Positions 38,959 through 47,912 of a stretch of 54,154 nucleotides of DNA are shown here, one piece after another (position 1 is the stretch's first letter; the number at the start of each line of letters is the position of its first letter). This DNA comes from Victivallaceae bacterium (lineage in GTDB: Bacteria; Verrucomicrobiota; Lentisphaeria; Victivallales; Victivallaceae), in assembly GCA_045605205.1 (NCBI GenBank), contig JAZUPO010000229.1, positions 1-54,154 on the forward strand, read 5' to 3'. The notes beneath the pieces were generated by a model. It saw only the letters and a list, made by a program, of their open reading frames with translations, ran no database searches and was not told the DNA's origin. A program made the translations under genes and the position numbers.

Positions 38959-38984
38959 AAAAAAGGGCTCTCCGCAGAGAGCCC
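38959..38984 (-). terminator. Rho-independent terminator after the DUF1559 gene
   Basis: The stem is GGGCTCTC / GAGAGCCC with a 4-nt loop, followed by a T6 run on the minus strand. Confidence 0.6.
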
Positions 38985-39002
38985 GGGAAGAAGCTGTTTT
39001 TA

Positions 39003-39866
39003 TCAATCAGCCAGATAACGGAAGAATCCGTTATCATACATAAAGCCGGCAGCAGTATTGTGCATTGTACTCAAAAGGGCTGTCGGATGCGTTTCTGTAT
39101 GACCATCCATCATAACCAACATTCCTTTCTTGCCATTGTAATGCCCCCATTTGTGAGAGTTGAAGTTGGTGCCGGGGGCAAGATTGGCTCCGTTGGGGAT
39201 ACCATTAGGACGGCTGTCGATATTCCAACCTCGTTTTGAGGGATTTTTGACTTGGCCCCAACGCAGCATCTTAAACCCTCCGACACCGGGATTTTTTGAC
39301 CGTGCCATAATAGAAATCGTATAATCGATCTTGGCACCATAATCTTTGACCGTAAAGGCCTCCAGTCCGGAACAGGAAAAAACTCCGGGTTTATAGTAAC
39401 GCACCATAGAGGTGGGGGATTGACTCAAACGGTAAAAATCCCGTTTGCCATATCCGGCATACGAGGCGATCATCGTATACCAGGTTCCTGTTCCCCGAGG
39501 AGCATATCCGCTGTAAGCCCCTTCAGAATGATATGAAAAGTTGGCATAGTCATTATTATCATTACCGTAAAAGGCGGAAAATGATCCAATGCTTTTCAAA
39601 TTATTAAGACATCCGGCAGCTTTTCCCCGGTCACGGGCCTGCTGCAAAGCCGGCAGAAGCATAGCAGCAAGGATAGCAATGATGGCGATAACGACAAGAA
39701 GTTCTATCAAGGTGAAGCTGTGCAGCTTCACCTGCCTGCAGGCAGGAAAAAAAGCCATTCTTTTTTTGGAGCATCTTTTCTGCACATCTCTCATCAAATT
39801 ACTGTTACAGCCACAATTAGTGGTGACATCCCAAAATTCAAAAGACTCCCATCCTGACTCTTTCAT
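39003..39866 (-). CDS. Prepilin-type N-terminal cleavage/methylation domain protein (DUF1559 / H-X9-DG-like)
   Basis: [29 protein letters not shown] is the type IV pilin-like leader. The C-terminal MMDGHTE is typical of the PVC DUF1559 family. The true start may be an internal ATG (39794 or 39758). Confidence 0.8.
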   Translation of the reverse strand: MKESGWESFEFWDVTTNCGCNSNLMRDVQKRCSKKRMAFFPACRQVKLHSFTLIELLVVIAIIAILAAMLLPALQQARDRGKAAGCLNNLKSIGSFSAFYGNDNNDYANFSYHSEGAYSGYAPRGTGTWYTMIASYAGYGKRDFYRLSQSPTSMVRYYKPGVFSCSGLEAFTVKDYGAKIDYTISIMARSKNPGVGGFKMLRWGQVKNPSKRGWNIDSRPNGIPNGANLAPGTNFNSHKWGHYNGKKGMLVMMDGHTETHPTALLSTMHNTAAGFMYDNGFFRYLAD

Positions 39867-39928
39867 AACTTCCTGCTCCCGGATTCTTCAAGTTTTGATA
39901 CGAAACGCTAAAAATCTGTTCTTATACA

Positions 39929-39956
39929 AGTATAACCATTTTCACCTAAAAAGCAA
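39929..39956 (-). promoter_or_regulatory. Weak putative promoter of the DUF1559 gene (TTGCTT-16-TATACT)
   Basis: Minus-strand hexamers. This is a poorer match than the other promoters. Confidence 0.25.
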
Positions 39957-40164
39957 GAGCAAAACGTAAAAAATCTTAAAATTAAATCAAATTTTCTCCT
40001 GATGTACCTCTTATTCAGTTATCGTTCCTTCTTGCAATTGAAAGGAAAACAGCAACTTGATAACTTTCACGCTCTGTCCGGCAGTGCAAATTTTTGTTAA
40101 GCAGTGTATTTTTTCAGATTGTATTCCCCCCTTTGCACTTGTTTTTTATTCTTCACGATGCAAG

Positions 40165-41136
40165 TTAAAAATCCTCTTTTTCGCTCAAGGGAGCTGCTGC
40201 GATCTGATAACCGGGAGATAATATACTGGGAACAGAACGGTCTTTTTTCATACGCCGCCAGTGTCCCGGAGTAGCACCGTAGACTTTTTTGAAAAGCGTC
40301 ATAAAATATTTCGGATTGCGAAAGTCACATTCGGCGGCAATTTCTGCAATAGATTTTTCCGTCATCTCAAGCAGCAGAGCGGCTCTTTCAAGCTGTTGGT
40401 GCCGCTGCCACTGATGAGGTGTTTCGTCATAATATTTCCGGAAAATATTGTACAATGAACGGGTGGAAACGCCGAAAACTTCAGCAATTTCATTATTTTT
40501 CCTGCGGGGCATATTTCCCCGTTTCAAATTCGTACTTTTCTTTTGTATATCCACAGGAATATCACTGCGTCTGGTTTTCCGGAACTGCCTGGATAGATCA
40601 AGCAGCAGAGTCCAAAGCAAACCGGCCGCCCGGCAGCAGCCTATATCAGAGTGAAGTTCCATAGCTTCACGTATAAGGCGGAACTGCTTTGCTGTTTCCT
40701 CACGATCTTCAAGGTGGATCAGAGTATCCTGCTGAAATCCCAGTTCGTGCATCAGGGGCTTAAAAAAACTTCCGTCAATAATGATAAATATTTTATGGGT
40801 GGCTTGCCGCTGGATGTACCAGCGGTCTTGATTGGGGGCAAAAACCAGCAGGTCGCCGGCAGCAGCTTCGTATTTGCTGCCGCTGGAAACAAGTTCGATC
40901 ACCCCATCCAATATGAGCTCAAGTGCGGCGAAAGGATAATTAGCGTGTCTGCACCAATTCAAATCGCGCCGCACCGACTCACACCAGTAGGTTGCGTAAA
41001 CGGGGATCGGGAATGTGCAATTTTCCTGATTGGAGCAAACAACACGTCTTTCCACATCCTGTTTCTGAGGAAACAGAATAAAGGCCTCCTTATCAAACTG
41101 GTCAAAATACCTTTTGTAGAAATCCTCCTCAGCCAT
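40165..41136 (-). CDS. AraC/XylS-family transcriptional regulator (cupin-like N-domain plus dual HTH)
   Basis: The C-terminal ~100 aa (IAEVFGVSTRSLYNIFRK...IAEIAAECDFRNPKYFMTLFKKVYGATPGHWRR) is a canonical AraC-type HTH. An AAGGAG RBS is present. Confidence 0.85.
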   Translation of the reverse strand: MAEEDFYKRYFDQFDKEAFILFPQKQDVERRVVCSNQENCTFPIPVYATYWCESVRRDLNWCRHANYPFAALELILDGVIELVSSGSKYEAAAGDLLVFAPNQDRWYIQRQATHKIFIIIDGSFFKPLMHELGFQQDTLIHLEDREETAKQFRLIREAMELHSDIGCCRAAGLLWTLLLDLSRQFRKTRRSDIPVDIQKKSTNLKRGNMPRRKNNEIAEVFGVSTRSLYNIFRKYYDETPHQWQRHQQLERAALLLEMTEKSIAEIAAECDFRNPKYFMTLFKKVYGATPGHWRRMKKDRSVPSILSPGYQIAAAPLSEKEDF

Positions 41137-41185
41137 CCTCTATTCTCCTTAATACAGAATCTCAATGTGAATCTGACGTCTTTCT

Positions 41186-41214
41186 AATATAGATTCATTT
41201 CTGCATTATTTCAA
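41186..41214 (-). promoter_or_regulatory. Putative promoter of the AraC-family gene (TTGAAA-17-TATATT)
   Basis: Minus-strand hexamers. It is part of the left copy of the 32-33-bp repeat shared with the hsdM promoter. Confidence 0.45.
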
Positions 41215-41230
41215 ATCGGATCCTGAAGAA

Positions 41231-41273
41231 CACCTCAAAAAGTGCCTCGTCCCAACTTTTGAGGTGCTTTTTT
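41231..41273 (+). terminator. Orphan plus-strand hairpin and T-run between two minus-strand genes
   Basis: A 10-bp stem CACCTCAAAA / TTTTGAGGTG followed by CTTTTTTCC on the plus strand. No plus-strand gene lies upstream. Confidence 0.4.
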
Positions 41274-41313
41274 CCCTGATGCTCCGGCGACTTTCTTATT
41301 GCTGGAGGGTGTT

Positions 41314-41830
41314 TTAATTCTTAGGAATAGTTCTCGCAAGCTCAAAACGGTTGCCGACAATGCAAATTTGCCGAACTATGCCGTTTCTTCGGAAAACACC
41401 TCCTAAAGCATAAAAATCAAAACGGAGAACGGCTTTCACCTCAAAGTAAATGTCTGTAAATTCCGATGAAATAAAAAACACATCGAAAAATAGTCGTACC
41501 GCAGTTGAGCGGTATGCTGTCAATAACACTCAGAGGCAATGAACTTTGGATCTGCCATAGCCGATTGATTGTCGGCGTTACATCAGATAAATCACTTCGG
41601 AAATAGCCATTGAGCCAGAGAATAAGATAATGTCCTCCATTGGTACCCACGAACCAAGTATAACAAGGCATCAAATCCATCCGCCGCAGTGTTACCAGTA
41701 AAGAATTTATAAATACCGAAAACATCTCATTTTCAGCCAACGGCGGCAAATAGTAAATCCCGATCAAAACTTTTCCGAAACGCTCCAGATAACGATCCGT
41801 GATCTCCATAATTCTATCAATTTTATTCAT
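41314..41830 (-). pseudogene. YagK/YfjJ / inovirus-Gp2-like protein, apparently frameshifted (129-aa plus 71-aa ORFs)
   Basis: The pattern VLIGIYYLPP..FSVFINSLL..L....YTWFVGTNGGHYLILWLNGYF....V...INRLW matches the YagK/YfjJ family (R.DL..P, Y.WV.E, HYH..l.lnG; from memory). The reading frame continues in the overlapping ORF 41314..41529. Confidence 0.4.
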
Positions 41831-41936
41831 TATTAAAGTCCTGCATTTAAAATTTTGAGCTTAAAAAGCCCTGTCAGATTTATATTATGGAGAGAAAGTA
41901 ATTGCAAAGATATATTGATAAGAGTTGATTTTTTAC

Positions 41937-41965
41937 TTGACAAAAGTGCCTGAACGGATTATATT
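41937..41965 (+). promoter_or_regulatory. Putative promoter of the DUF3791-DUF3990 cassette (TTGACA-17-TATATT)
   Basis: A perfect -35 hexamer with a 17-nt spacer, 25 nt upstream of ATG 41990. Confidence 0.5.
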
Positions 41966-41989
41966 AAATAGTGGAAAGCGAGGTGTAAA

Positions 41990-42217
41990 ATGGATGAATC
42001 TATGAATATTGATGAAATGAAAGCGGAATTTCTTTCATTTTGCATTGAGGCATATAAGACAAAACTCGGCGTTTCCGGAGCAAAAGTTGCAGAATACTTT
42101 GACGAAACCGGCACACTTGATTTCCTTTTGGAAAACTACGATTTGCTGCATACTCTGGGAAAAGAACAGCTTCTTGCGGAAATTGAACGATTTTTAAGTA
42201 AACGGGTGAACAAATGA
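41990..42217 (+). CDS. DUF3791-family small protein (putative antitoxin/partner)
   Basis: A 75-aa protein. The pattern F..FCIEAYK.....SG..V.EYF...G.LDFL..NYD.LHT.G...L..EIE is as in DUF3791 (from memory). It has a GAGGTG RBS, the promoter at 41937-41965, and overlaps the next gene by 4 nt. Confidence 0.7.
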   Translation: MDESMNIDEMKAEFLSFCIEAYKTKLGVSGAKVAEYFDETGTLDFLLENYDLLHTLGKEQLLAEIERFLSKRVNK

Positions 42218-42708
42218 AATTGTATCACGGCAGCCATATTGAGGTAAAAAATCCCAAGATCATCACTTCATCCAGAGTGGGGGATTTCGGGCGCGGATTT
42301 TATACGACCAGCAGTTTGGAGCAAGCCCGCCGCTGGGCGCAGATCCGGGCAAGGCAGGAAGAAGTTTCAGCCGGTATCGTTACAGTATTTGATGTGCCTG
42401 AACATCTTTTCACACATCCGGAACTGCAGATCAGGAACTTCGTAAAAGCCGATGATACCTGGCTGGACTTTGTTTTAGCCAACCGTAAAGATGTTGACTT
42501 TGACCACGAATTTGATCTTGTCTGCGGACCTGTTGCCAATGACCGGGTGTATATCTGCTTGAATATGCTTGAAGACGGTTTAGCTGACAGAGCAACTGTT
42601 ATTGCAAAACTGAAAACGTATGTACTTGCAGATCAGATTTTATTCCACACTGCCAAATCACTGTTGTTTCTGGAATATGCTTCAACGGAGGAAGTGCTAT
42701 GCAAGTAA
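42214..42708 (+). CDS. DUF3990-family protein (possible ADP-ribosyltransferase-fold toxin)
   Basis: A 164-aa protein starting MKLYHGS, followed by GRGFYTTSS and the C-terminal DQILFHT. This H / Y-x-S / Q-E-like arrangement is reminiscent of H-Y-E ART folds. Confidence 0.7.
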   Translation: MKLYHGSHIEVKNPKIITSSRVGDFGRGFYTTSSLEQARRWAQIRARQEEVSAGIVTVFDVPEHLFTHPELQIRNFVKADDTWLDFVLANRKDVDFDHEFDLVCGPVANDRVYICLNMLEDGLADRATVIAKLKTYVLADQILFHTAKSLLFLEYASTEEVLCK

Positions 42709-43091
42709 CGCAAGAAAACCTTTATAACCTCATTCCACCGAAAGCTGCAAAGATCACCACCATACTGCGCAACGCACGCAGCATAGCAGTAAAACAGGCA
42801 TTGCTGACCTTTTACAAATCCAAAGCATACAGATTGCTGGAAAATGAAGAAACCAAACTGTGGCACTCAAGTCCCGCCCAGATTTATGCGGAATACCTCT
42901 CCGCCCCCCAACGTTCACGGAAGAGCTATCAGAACGGTCCCGGCCGCAGTAAACTTGTGCCTTTCGCCGAACAAATCAAACTCTGGCAAGCCCAAGGAAT
43001 GACACTCCGGGAAATCGCCGCCGAATTGCAGCACTACGGCTGCCAAACCACCGCCCAGAATCTCTCACTTTTTCTGCGTAAGAAAAAGTAA
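42699..43091 (+). CDS. DUF3791-like N-domain fused to a C-terminal helix-turn-helix
   Basis: A 130-aa protein. [29 protein letters not shown] resembles second-type DUF3791 proteins. The C-terminal [31 protein letters not shown] is a resolvase/IS-type HTH. It overlaps the DUF3990 gene by 10 nt. Confidence 0.6.
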   Translation: MQVTQENLYNLIPPKAAKITTILRNARSIAVKQALLTFYKSKAYRLLENEETKLWHSSPAQIYAEYLSAPQRSRKSYQNGPGRSKLVPFAEQIKLWQAQGMTLREIAAELQHYGCQTTAQNLSLFLRKKK

Positions 43092-43108
43092 CAGTTCACC
43101 AATTTATT

Positions 43109-46100
43109 TTATCCGGCGATTGACGGATAGCGGTTGTAAACGTGCTCGTAGATCAGACCGGTGTACTGGTTGATGCTTTGATCATCGTAGCTTTGAGGCA
43201 GAGAAACGAACAACGAGTCGCGGATAAGATTACTGACGGCAGATCGAGTATCTTCTTTGTCCCGCCAATGGTCGAGTTCGGCTATTTTTTCTTTGACTTT
43301 GGCAAGAAGTTCAATGGAAATCTCTTTGATTTTTTTGATATCCTTGGCAGAAAGGGAGTCTTTGAAAAGCAAATCGTAGACAGAAAGCTCTTCATCGCTG
43401 GTAAAACCTTCACGGACATATCGGCGCTGCTCTGAATCAAGCTCACTGCTCAATTTCATCAAATCCATAAATGTTTTTTCTATCTTGGCTTTATCCTGTT
43501 CGCCGTTGTAGCTTTCAATGATTTCCTGATATTTTGTGTAGTAATCGATCCGTTTGGGATTGGTCGGCAGCATTGTAGAAAGCCGCTGTTCAATGAGTTC
43601 TTCGAGATCTTTCAGAAGCAGGAATTTCTTCCGTGTCTTCGCAAACTCTTTCTGCAGTAATTCAAAGTCTATCTGGCTGATATCGAAAGAACGGGGCGTA
43701 TTCCGGTCGGCAGATTCAGTGGAAACATATTCATTGACGATTCCGTGAATTTGAACCATCAGTTCCGTATTATCTGCATTTTTCCGCTTTTTCTGAAGTT
43801 CGTTAAAAATTCCATTGACAGCATCTTTTTCCTGACGCATGGAAGGAGTAATATCATTTCGGTCTAAATATTTCCACAGCCTGAAAAGTTCACTTGCCGA
43901 TGTTTGGAACTCTTTTTTGATCTCCAAAGTTTTGCATAATTCATTTGCCGCCTGCTGCAGCAAGGCGATACGTTCAAAACCGGAGGAAGCAATCAGGGCA
44001 TCCAGAGAAAAGTTGTTCTTCTGCAGGAATGTTTTGGTTGTACTTATGATTTCCTGAATTCTATGAATAAGCTCTTCTTTGTTCACCGTCGGATCAGTTC
44101 CATTGCCGTGGCCCTCTTGGGACGTATATGCAGCCAACGCTTCACGCAGAGCCTTGACAATACCGATGTAGTCAAGGATGAGCCCGTTTGTTTTCCCTTC
44201 TGCCACACGATTTGCCCGAGCGATAGTTTGCATAAGAGTGTGGGCTTTGAGAGGTTTATCCAGATAGAGGCATGAGAGAGATTTTACATCAAATCCGGTC
44301 AGCCACATAGCACAGACAAAGACCACGCGGAAAGGATTTTGGGAATCTTTGAATTCCTTATCCAGTTCCCGGGTTTCCATTTTCGTGCGGTGTGGACGGA
44401 TATCCAATCCCCAGGCGTCAAAAGTTTTGATTTCATTTTGTTCCTGACTGATGACAACAGCCATTTCGGTTTCTTTCATCCAGTTGAGCTTACGGGAAAG
44501 CTCTTGAGCTGTTTGCTGTGAAGTTTCTTTTTTGAGCTGCTGTTCAAGTTCAGAAATTTTAAGCTGCCAGTATTTTTGAACGAGATTATACATCCTGACA
44601 CAGGAAATTTTGTTCAAGCAGACATACATAGCCTTGCCGCAAGTCCACAAGTCAGAATAGTGTTCAACAAAATCCTGAGCCAGCGCCTCAAAGCGTGATT
44701 CAGCAGTCAGCAAATGGATTTCCTTTGCGAACTCCCGTTCCAGCTTTTCCTGCTGATTGGGATCTAGATCGGCGGCTTCAACAGCTTCGATAATGCGTTC
44801 AGTAATTTCGGGACTTGTGATATCCTTGAATTTCTGACCTCTGTTTTCGTAGTAAAGAGGAACGGTTGCGCCGTCATCAACAGCCCGTTTGAAGTCGTAG
44901 ATGGAAACGTAGCCGCCAAAGGTCCTTTCGGTAATGTTATCATTAGAAAGGAGAGGTGTCCCGGTAAATCCGATACGGGAGGCTGTGGGCAGTAAAGAAC
45001 ACATATTGTCGGCAAAGATACCATTTTGACTGCGGTGAGCCTCATCTGACATAATGATAATATCGTGATCAGGAATGATCGGAGTTGGATTCCCTTGATT
45101 GAATTTCTGAATCAGAGTAAAAATAAAGCTGGGATTGCCTTTAAGTTTGTTGATCAGGTCAGAGCCGCTGGAGGCAATAAAATGAGACCCCTTGACGGCT
45201 CCGAGAATACCGCAGTTTTCAAAGGTGTCGCTGATCTGTGAATTAAGCTCATCACGGTCAGTCAGAATAACAATGGTCGGAGAGCCTTCAAACTTGCGGC
45301 GGATCTTTTGAGCGAGAAAGAGCATGGAGTAACTCTTTCCGCTGCCTTGGGTATGCCAGAAAACGCCCAGTTTGCCCTCTTTGAGTTTTCTGTTTTTGTA
45401 GGCTTCGATGGCTTCATTGACACCGAGATACTGATGGTTGCGGGCAAGGATTTTGGCAGTACGACCGCCTGAATGATCGAAGAGGATAAAGTTTTCGAGC
45501 AGATCAATAAAGGTCTCTTTTTTGCAGATCCCCCGGAGCATGGTCTGCAATTCCACGCAGCCGGGATCCTGTTCTTTAAGACGTTTCCATTCGTGGAAGA
45601 ATTCGTATTTACTGCCGAGGGTTCCGACTTTTGCGTGATGTCCGTTACTCAGGATGAGAAACGCGTTGTAATAGAAGAGCTGCGGAATGGTCGCCAGATA
45701 GTCGGTATAATTGTTGGTATAGGCATCTTGCACATCCACATTAACGGCTTTGAATTCCATAAACAAAAGCGGGATACCGTTGACAAAGCCCACAATATCC
45801 GTCCGGCGGCGGTGGAGAGTACCTTGGATTTTAAGTTCTTTAATGGCGAGAAAATGGTTATTGAGTGGAGTCTGAAAATCAATGAGTTTGGCGGTGCGGG
45901 TGGAAAATTTGCCATTGGGAAGTTTGACGGAAACAGGGATGCCGTCACGGATGAGGAAATATTTTTCCTCATTGATCTGCATAAGGGAGGCAGAAGCAAG
46001 ATGAGTTTCGAGTTTCTTTTGGGCTTCATCGATCTGAGCCGGAGTAATCCAGGGATTGAACTCTTTGATTTTAAGACGGAAATATCGGGAAAGCAAGATT

Positions 46101-46246
46101 TCTCGATAACTTTTGCGTCCGAAAGTGCCATCGATACCAAGTTTTTCGGTGTTGTAGGCAAACTTGACCTCCCAACCCAACTCATTCTGGAGCAGATTTC
46201 CCGCACTTTCCTGCACCAGAATATTTTCAGAATACTCGTAACTCAT
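43109..46246 (-). CDS. hsdR: Type I restriction endonuclease subunit R
   Basis: A 1045-aa protein with an HsdR N-terminal nuclease region, SF2 helicase motifs (HTQGSGKS, MSDEAHRSQ, TGTPL, QTIARANR) and a DUF3387-like C-terminus. Confidence 0.95.
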   Translation of the reverse strand: MSYEYSENILVQESAGNLLQNELGWEVKFAYNTEKLGIDGTFGRKSYREILLSRYFRLKIKEFNPWITPAQIDEAQKKLETHLASASLMQINEEKYFLIRDGIPVSVKLPNGKFSTRTAKLIDFQTPLNNHFLAIKELKIQGTLHRRRTDIVGFVNGIPLLFMEFKAVNVDVQDAYTNNYTDYLATIPQLFYYNAFLILSNGHHAKVGTLGSKYEFFHEWKRLKEQDPGCVELQTMLRGICKKETFIDLLENFILFDHSGGRTAKILARNHQYLGVNEAIEAYKNRKLKEGKLGVFWHTQGSGKSYSMLFLAQKIRRKFEGSPTIVILTDRDELNSQISDTFENCGILGAVKGSHFIASSGSDLINKLKGNPSFIFTLIQKFNQGNPTPIIPDHDIIIMSDEAHRSQNGIFADNMCSLLPTASRIGFTGTPLLSNDNITERTFGGYVSIYDFKRAVDDGATVPLYYENRGQKFKDITSPEITERIIEAVEAADLDPNQQEKLEREFAKEIHLLTAESRFEALAQDFVEHYSDLWTCGKAMYVCLNKISCVRMYNLVQKYWQLKISELEQQLKKETSQQTAQELSRKLNWMKETEMAVVISQEQNEIKTFDAWGLDIRPHRTKMETRELDKEFKDSQNPFRVVFVCAMWLTGFDVKSLSCLYLDKPLKAHTLMQTIARANRVAEGKTNGLILDYIGIVKALREALAAYTSQEGHGNGTDPTVNKEELIHRIQEIISTTKTFLQKNNFSLDALIASSGFERIALLQQAANELCKTLEIKKEFQTSASELFRLWKYLDRNDITPSMRQEKDAVNGIFNELQKKRKNADNTELMVQIHGIVNEYVSTESADRNTPRSFDISQIDFELLQKEFAKTRKKFLLLKDLEELIEQRLSTMLPTNPKRIDYYTKYQEIIESYNGEQDKAKIEKTFMDLMKLSSELDSEQRRYVREGFTSDEELSVYDLLFKDSLSAKDIKKIKEISIELLAKVKEKIAELDHWRDKEDTRSAVSNLIRDSLFVSLPQSYDDQSINQYTGLIYEHVYNRYPSIAG
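46224..46246 (-). repeat. 23-nt direct repeat, copy A (functional hsdR 5' end, ATGAGTTACGAGTATTCTGAAAA)
   Basis: Identical at 22 of 23 positions to 47165-47187. Confidence 0.9.
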
Positions 46247-46264
46247 CTGTATTTCTCCACGTTA

Positions 46265-47152
46265 TCAAATCTCATCGGTATCGCTCTCATAATAGTAAGA
46301 GTAGTCGATGCCTTTCATAAACATTTCCCGGTCATTAATTTTATCGGTCAGAGCGACTTTCAGTAAAGTTTTCAAATCGGTACTGTTAATCACACTCTTC
46401 TGCATGGCTTCAAGATAAGCCTTTTTATTGACCAGACTCCAGTCAATACATTGTTTCAAAGAACGCTTGAGCATCAAGTCCAGCCAGATACGGGTGGAGC
46501 GTCCGTTACCTTCCATAAAGGGGTGAGCGACATTCATTTCCACATATTTGTTGATGATCTCTTCAAAAGAAGATTCCGGCATATTCTCGATATTGGGAAA
46601 AATCGTAGAAAAGTAAAGAGCATTGGCAAAGGTGAAACCGCCTTTACTGATATTTTTATCCCGGATTTGTCCGGCGAATTCATACAAGCCGCCGAAAAGA
46701 TAAGCGTGGATCTGCTGCAGACATTTTACCGTGCCGGGTTCCATAGAAGAGAGAAGACCGCTTTCAAAGAGAGCATAGGCTTTGGTACGGCTTTTGCCGT
46801 CGATGGTATCATCGCTGTAAGTGAACCATTTTATAAATTTAGCGGCATGACGGCTGGGGATATGCTCAATCAAAATGAGAATATCCTGTTGGGTAAGACA
46901 ATCAGTCAGATAGCGTTTCCCGTCAGAAGCAGTCATTTTCAGTTGACTACAATTTGTAGTCAACTCGGGGTTGGTCTTTTTCAGGCGTGATTTGAGAACG
47001 CTCCAATATTTCCGCGGATTAACGCTTTCGGTCAAAACGCCGACAATATCGGCAACCGAGAACAGCCATTGATTAGCTGAATCATCCCACGCTGCCCGAA
47101 CTTCCCGATCATTAAAAAAACGGATGGAAATTTTATTGCTCATCAATTTCAA
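46265..47152 (-). CDS. Bro-N-like DNA-binding domain fused to a Fic/DOC (Fido) domain
   Basis: The Fic motif is [12 protein letters not shown]. The N-terminal [31 protein letters not shown]...AAKFIKWF fits the Bro-N pattern. The start is TTG 47152 (TTGA overlap with the relic mini-ORF stop) or ATG 47143. Confidence 0.85.
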   Translation of the reverse strand: MKLMSNKISIRFFNDREVRAAWDDSANQWLFSVADIVGVLTESVNPRKYWSVLKSRLKKTNPELTTNCSQLKMTASDGKRYLTDCLTQQDILILIEHIPSRHAAKFIKWFTYSDDTIDGKSRTKAYALFESGLLSSMEPGTVKCLQQIHAYLFGGLYEFAGQIRDKNISKGGFTFANALYFSTIFPNIENMPESSFEEIINKYVEMNVAHPFMEGNGRSTRIWLDLMLKRSLKQCIDWSLVNKKAYLEAMQKSVINSTDLKTLLKVALTDKINDREMFMKGIDYSYYYESDTDEI

Positions 47153-47164
47153 CCTTGTTTTAAT

Positions 47165-47187
47165 TTTTCAGAATACTCGTAAGTCAT
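47165..47187 (-). repeat. 23-nt direct repeat, copy B (relic hsdR 5' end, ATGACTTACGAGTATTCTGAAAA)
   Basis: Its ATG overlaps the stop of the unknown 243-aa gene (ATGA). It opens a 12-codon mini-[15 protein letters not shown], whose TGA overlaps the TTG start of the Fic gene. Confidence 0.9.
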
Positions 47188-47912
47188 AATTCATCATCCC
47201 GCAATTTGCAAATATTTTTTGTCATCATAATTTTACGCAACTTTGTTCCTAAATCAGTATATGCATAGTATGAATTGACTTTACGGGGTATGGGGATTTT
47301 TTTAGAAACCATACGCGTAGGTTCTGTTATGAAGCGATTTTTCGCTTGGTTATCCTCCGTAATTATACCAAGTCCCTCTAATCTCAACAATGGCTCAATT
47401 CCATCACTTCGCCCCTCGTATACTACAAATAAGTTTTCTGCATACATCAAATAAGTAATATCATCCGGAAGTAGTCTATCTATAATTTCTGCATATGTAG
47501 AGAACACCTGCCAATCAATATACTCAAACAAATATGCGAGGTATAATTTCGCTAACATTCTTGGTTTGTTGTAATCAAGATAGCGATCAATTAAAATCAT
47601 AATGTACTCAAGTTGTTGTTTTTGAAATTTTTCATTCTGTTGGAATTTCTCCGCATACAAGTTGCGATTATTTTCATCAAGAGAACATTTATTTAACTCA
47701 TCTAAAAAACATATTAATTTTTTTAAGTTGTGTCGCTCTTTAATGCTTTTTCCAATGCGATATATGGAAATCGCAGAAGATATAAACGGTATATCTTTTA
47801 AAATACCATCTTCAAGTAACGCATCAATTCCCAACTCCGCCGCATTAGATATGATACTTTCAAATTCTGGTGACAAACTGTCTTTTAATGACTTAGATAA
47901 ATCATTTGCCAT
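47184..47912 (-). CDS. Uncharacterised 242/243-aa protein embedded in the Type I R-M operon (no family recognised)
   Basis: The ORF starts at ATG 47912 (TGATG overlap with the hsdS stop, GGAGG 8-9 nt upstream) or at GTG 47915. GC is about 30%. It looks like a helical N-half plus a mixed C-half, with no TM helix and no catalytic motif recognised. Confidence 0.75.
   Translation of the reverse strand: MANDLSKSLKDSLSPEFESIISNAAELGIDALLEDGILKDIPFISSAISIYRIGKSIKERHNLKKLICFLDELNKCSLDENNRNLYAEKFQQNEKFQKQQLEYIMILIDRYLDYNKPRMLAKLYLAYLFEYIDWQVFSTYAEIIDRLLPDDITYLMYAENLFVVYEGRSDGIEPLLRLEGLGIITEDNQAKNRFITEPTRMVSKKIPIPRKVNSYYAYTDLGTKLRKIMMTKNICKLRDDEL

Noticed and set aside
45473-46366. A 297-aa plus-strand ORF, and other long ORFs antisense to or out of frame with recognised genes. 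These include 7261..8217, 11724..12407, 13101..13841, 16697..17599, 25313..26056, 28410..29150, 31722..32588 and 36310..37236.
   Set aside because: Each lies entirely within a confidently identified gene on the other strand or in another frame. They have skewed, low-complexity composition (R/C/S/G-rich), no recognisable motifs and no RBS or promoter. They are shadow ORFs.
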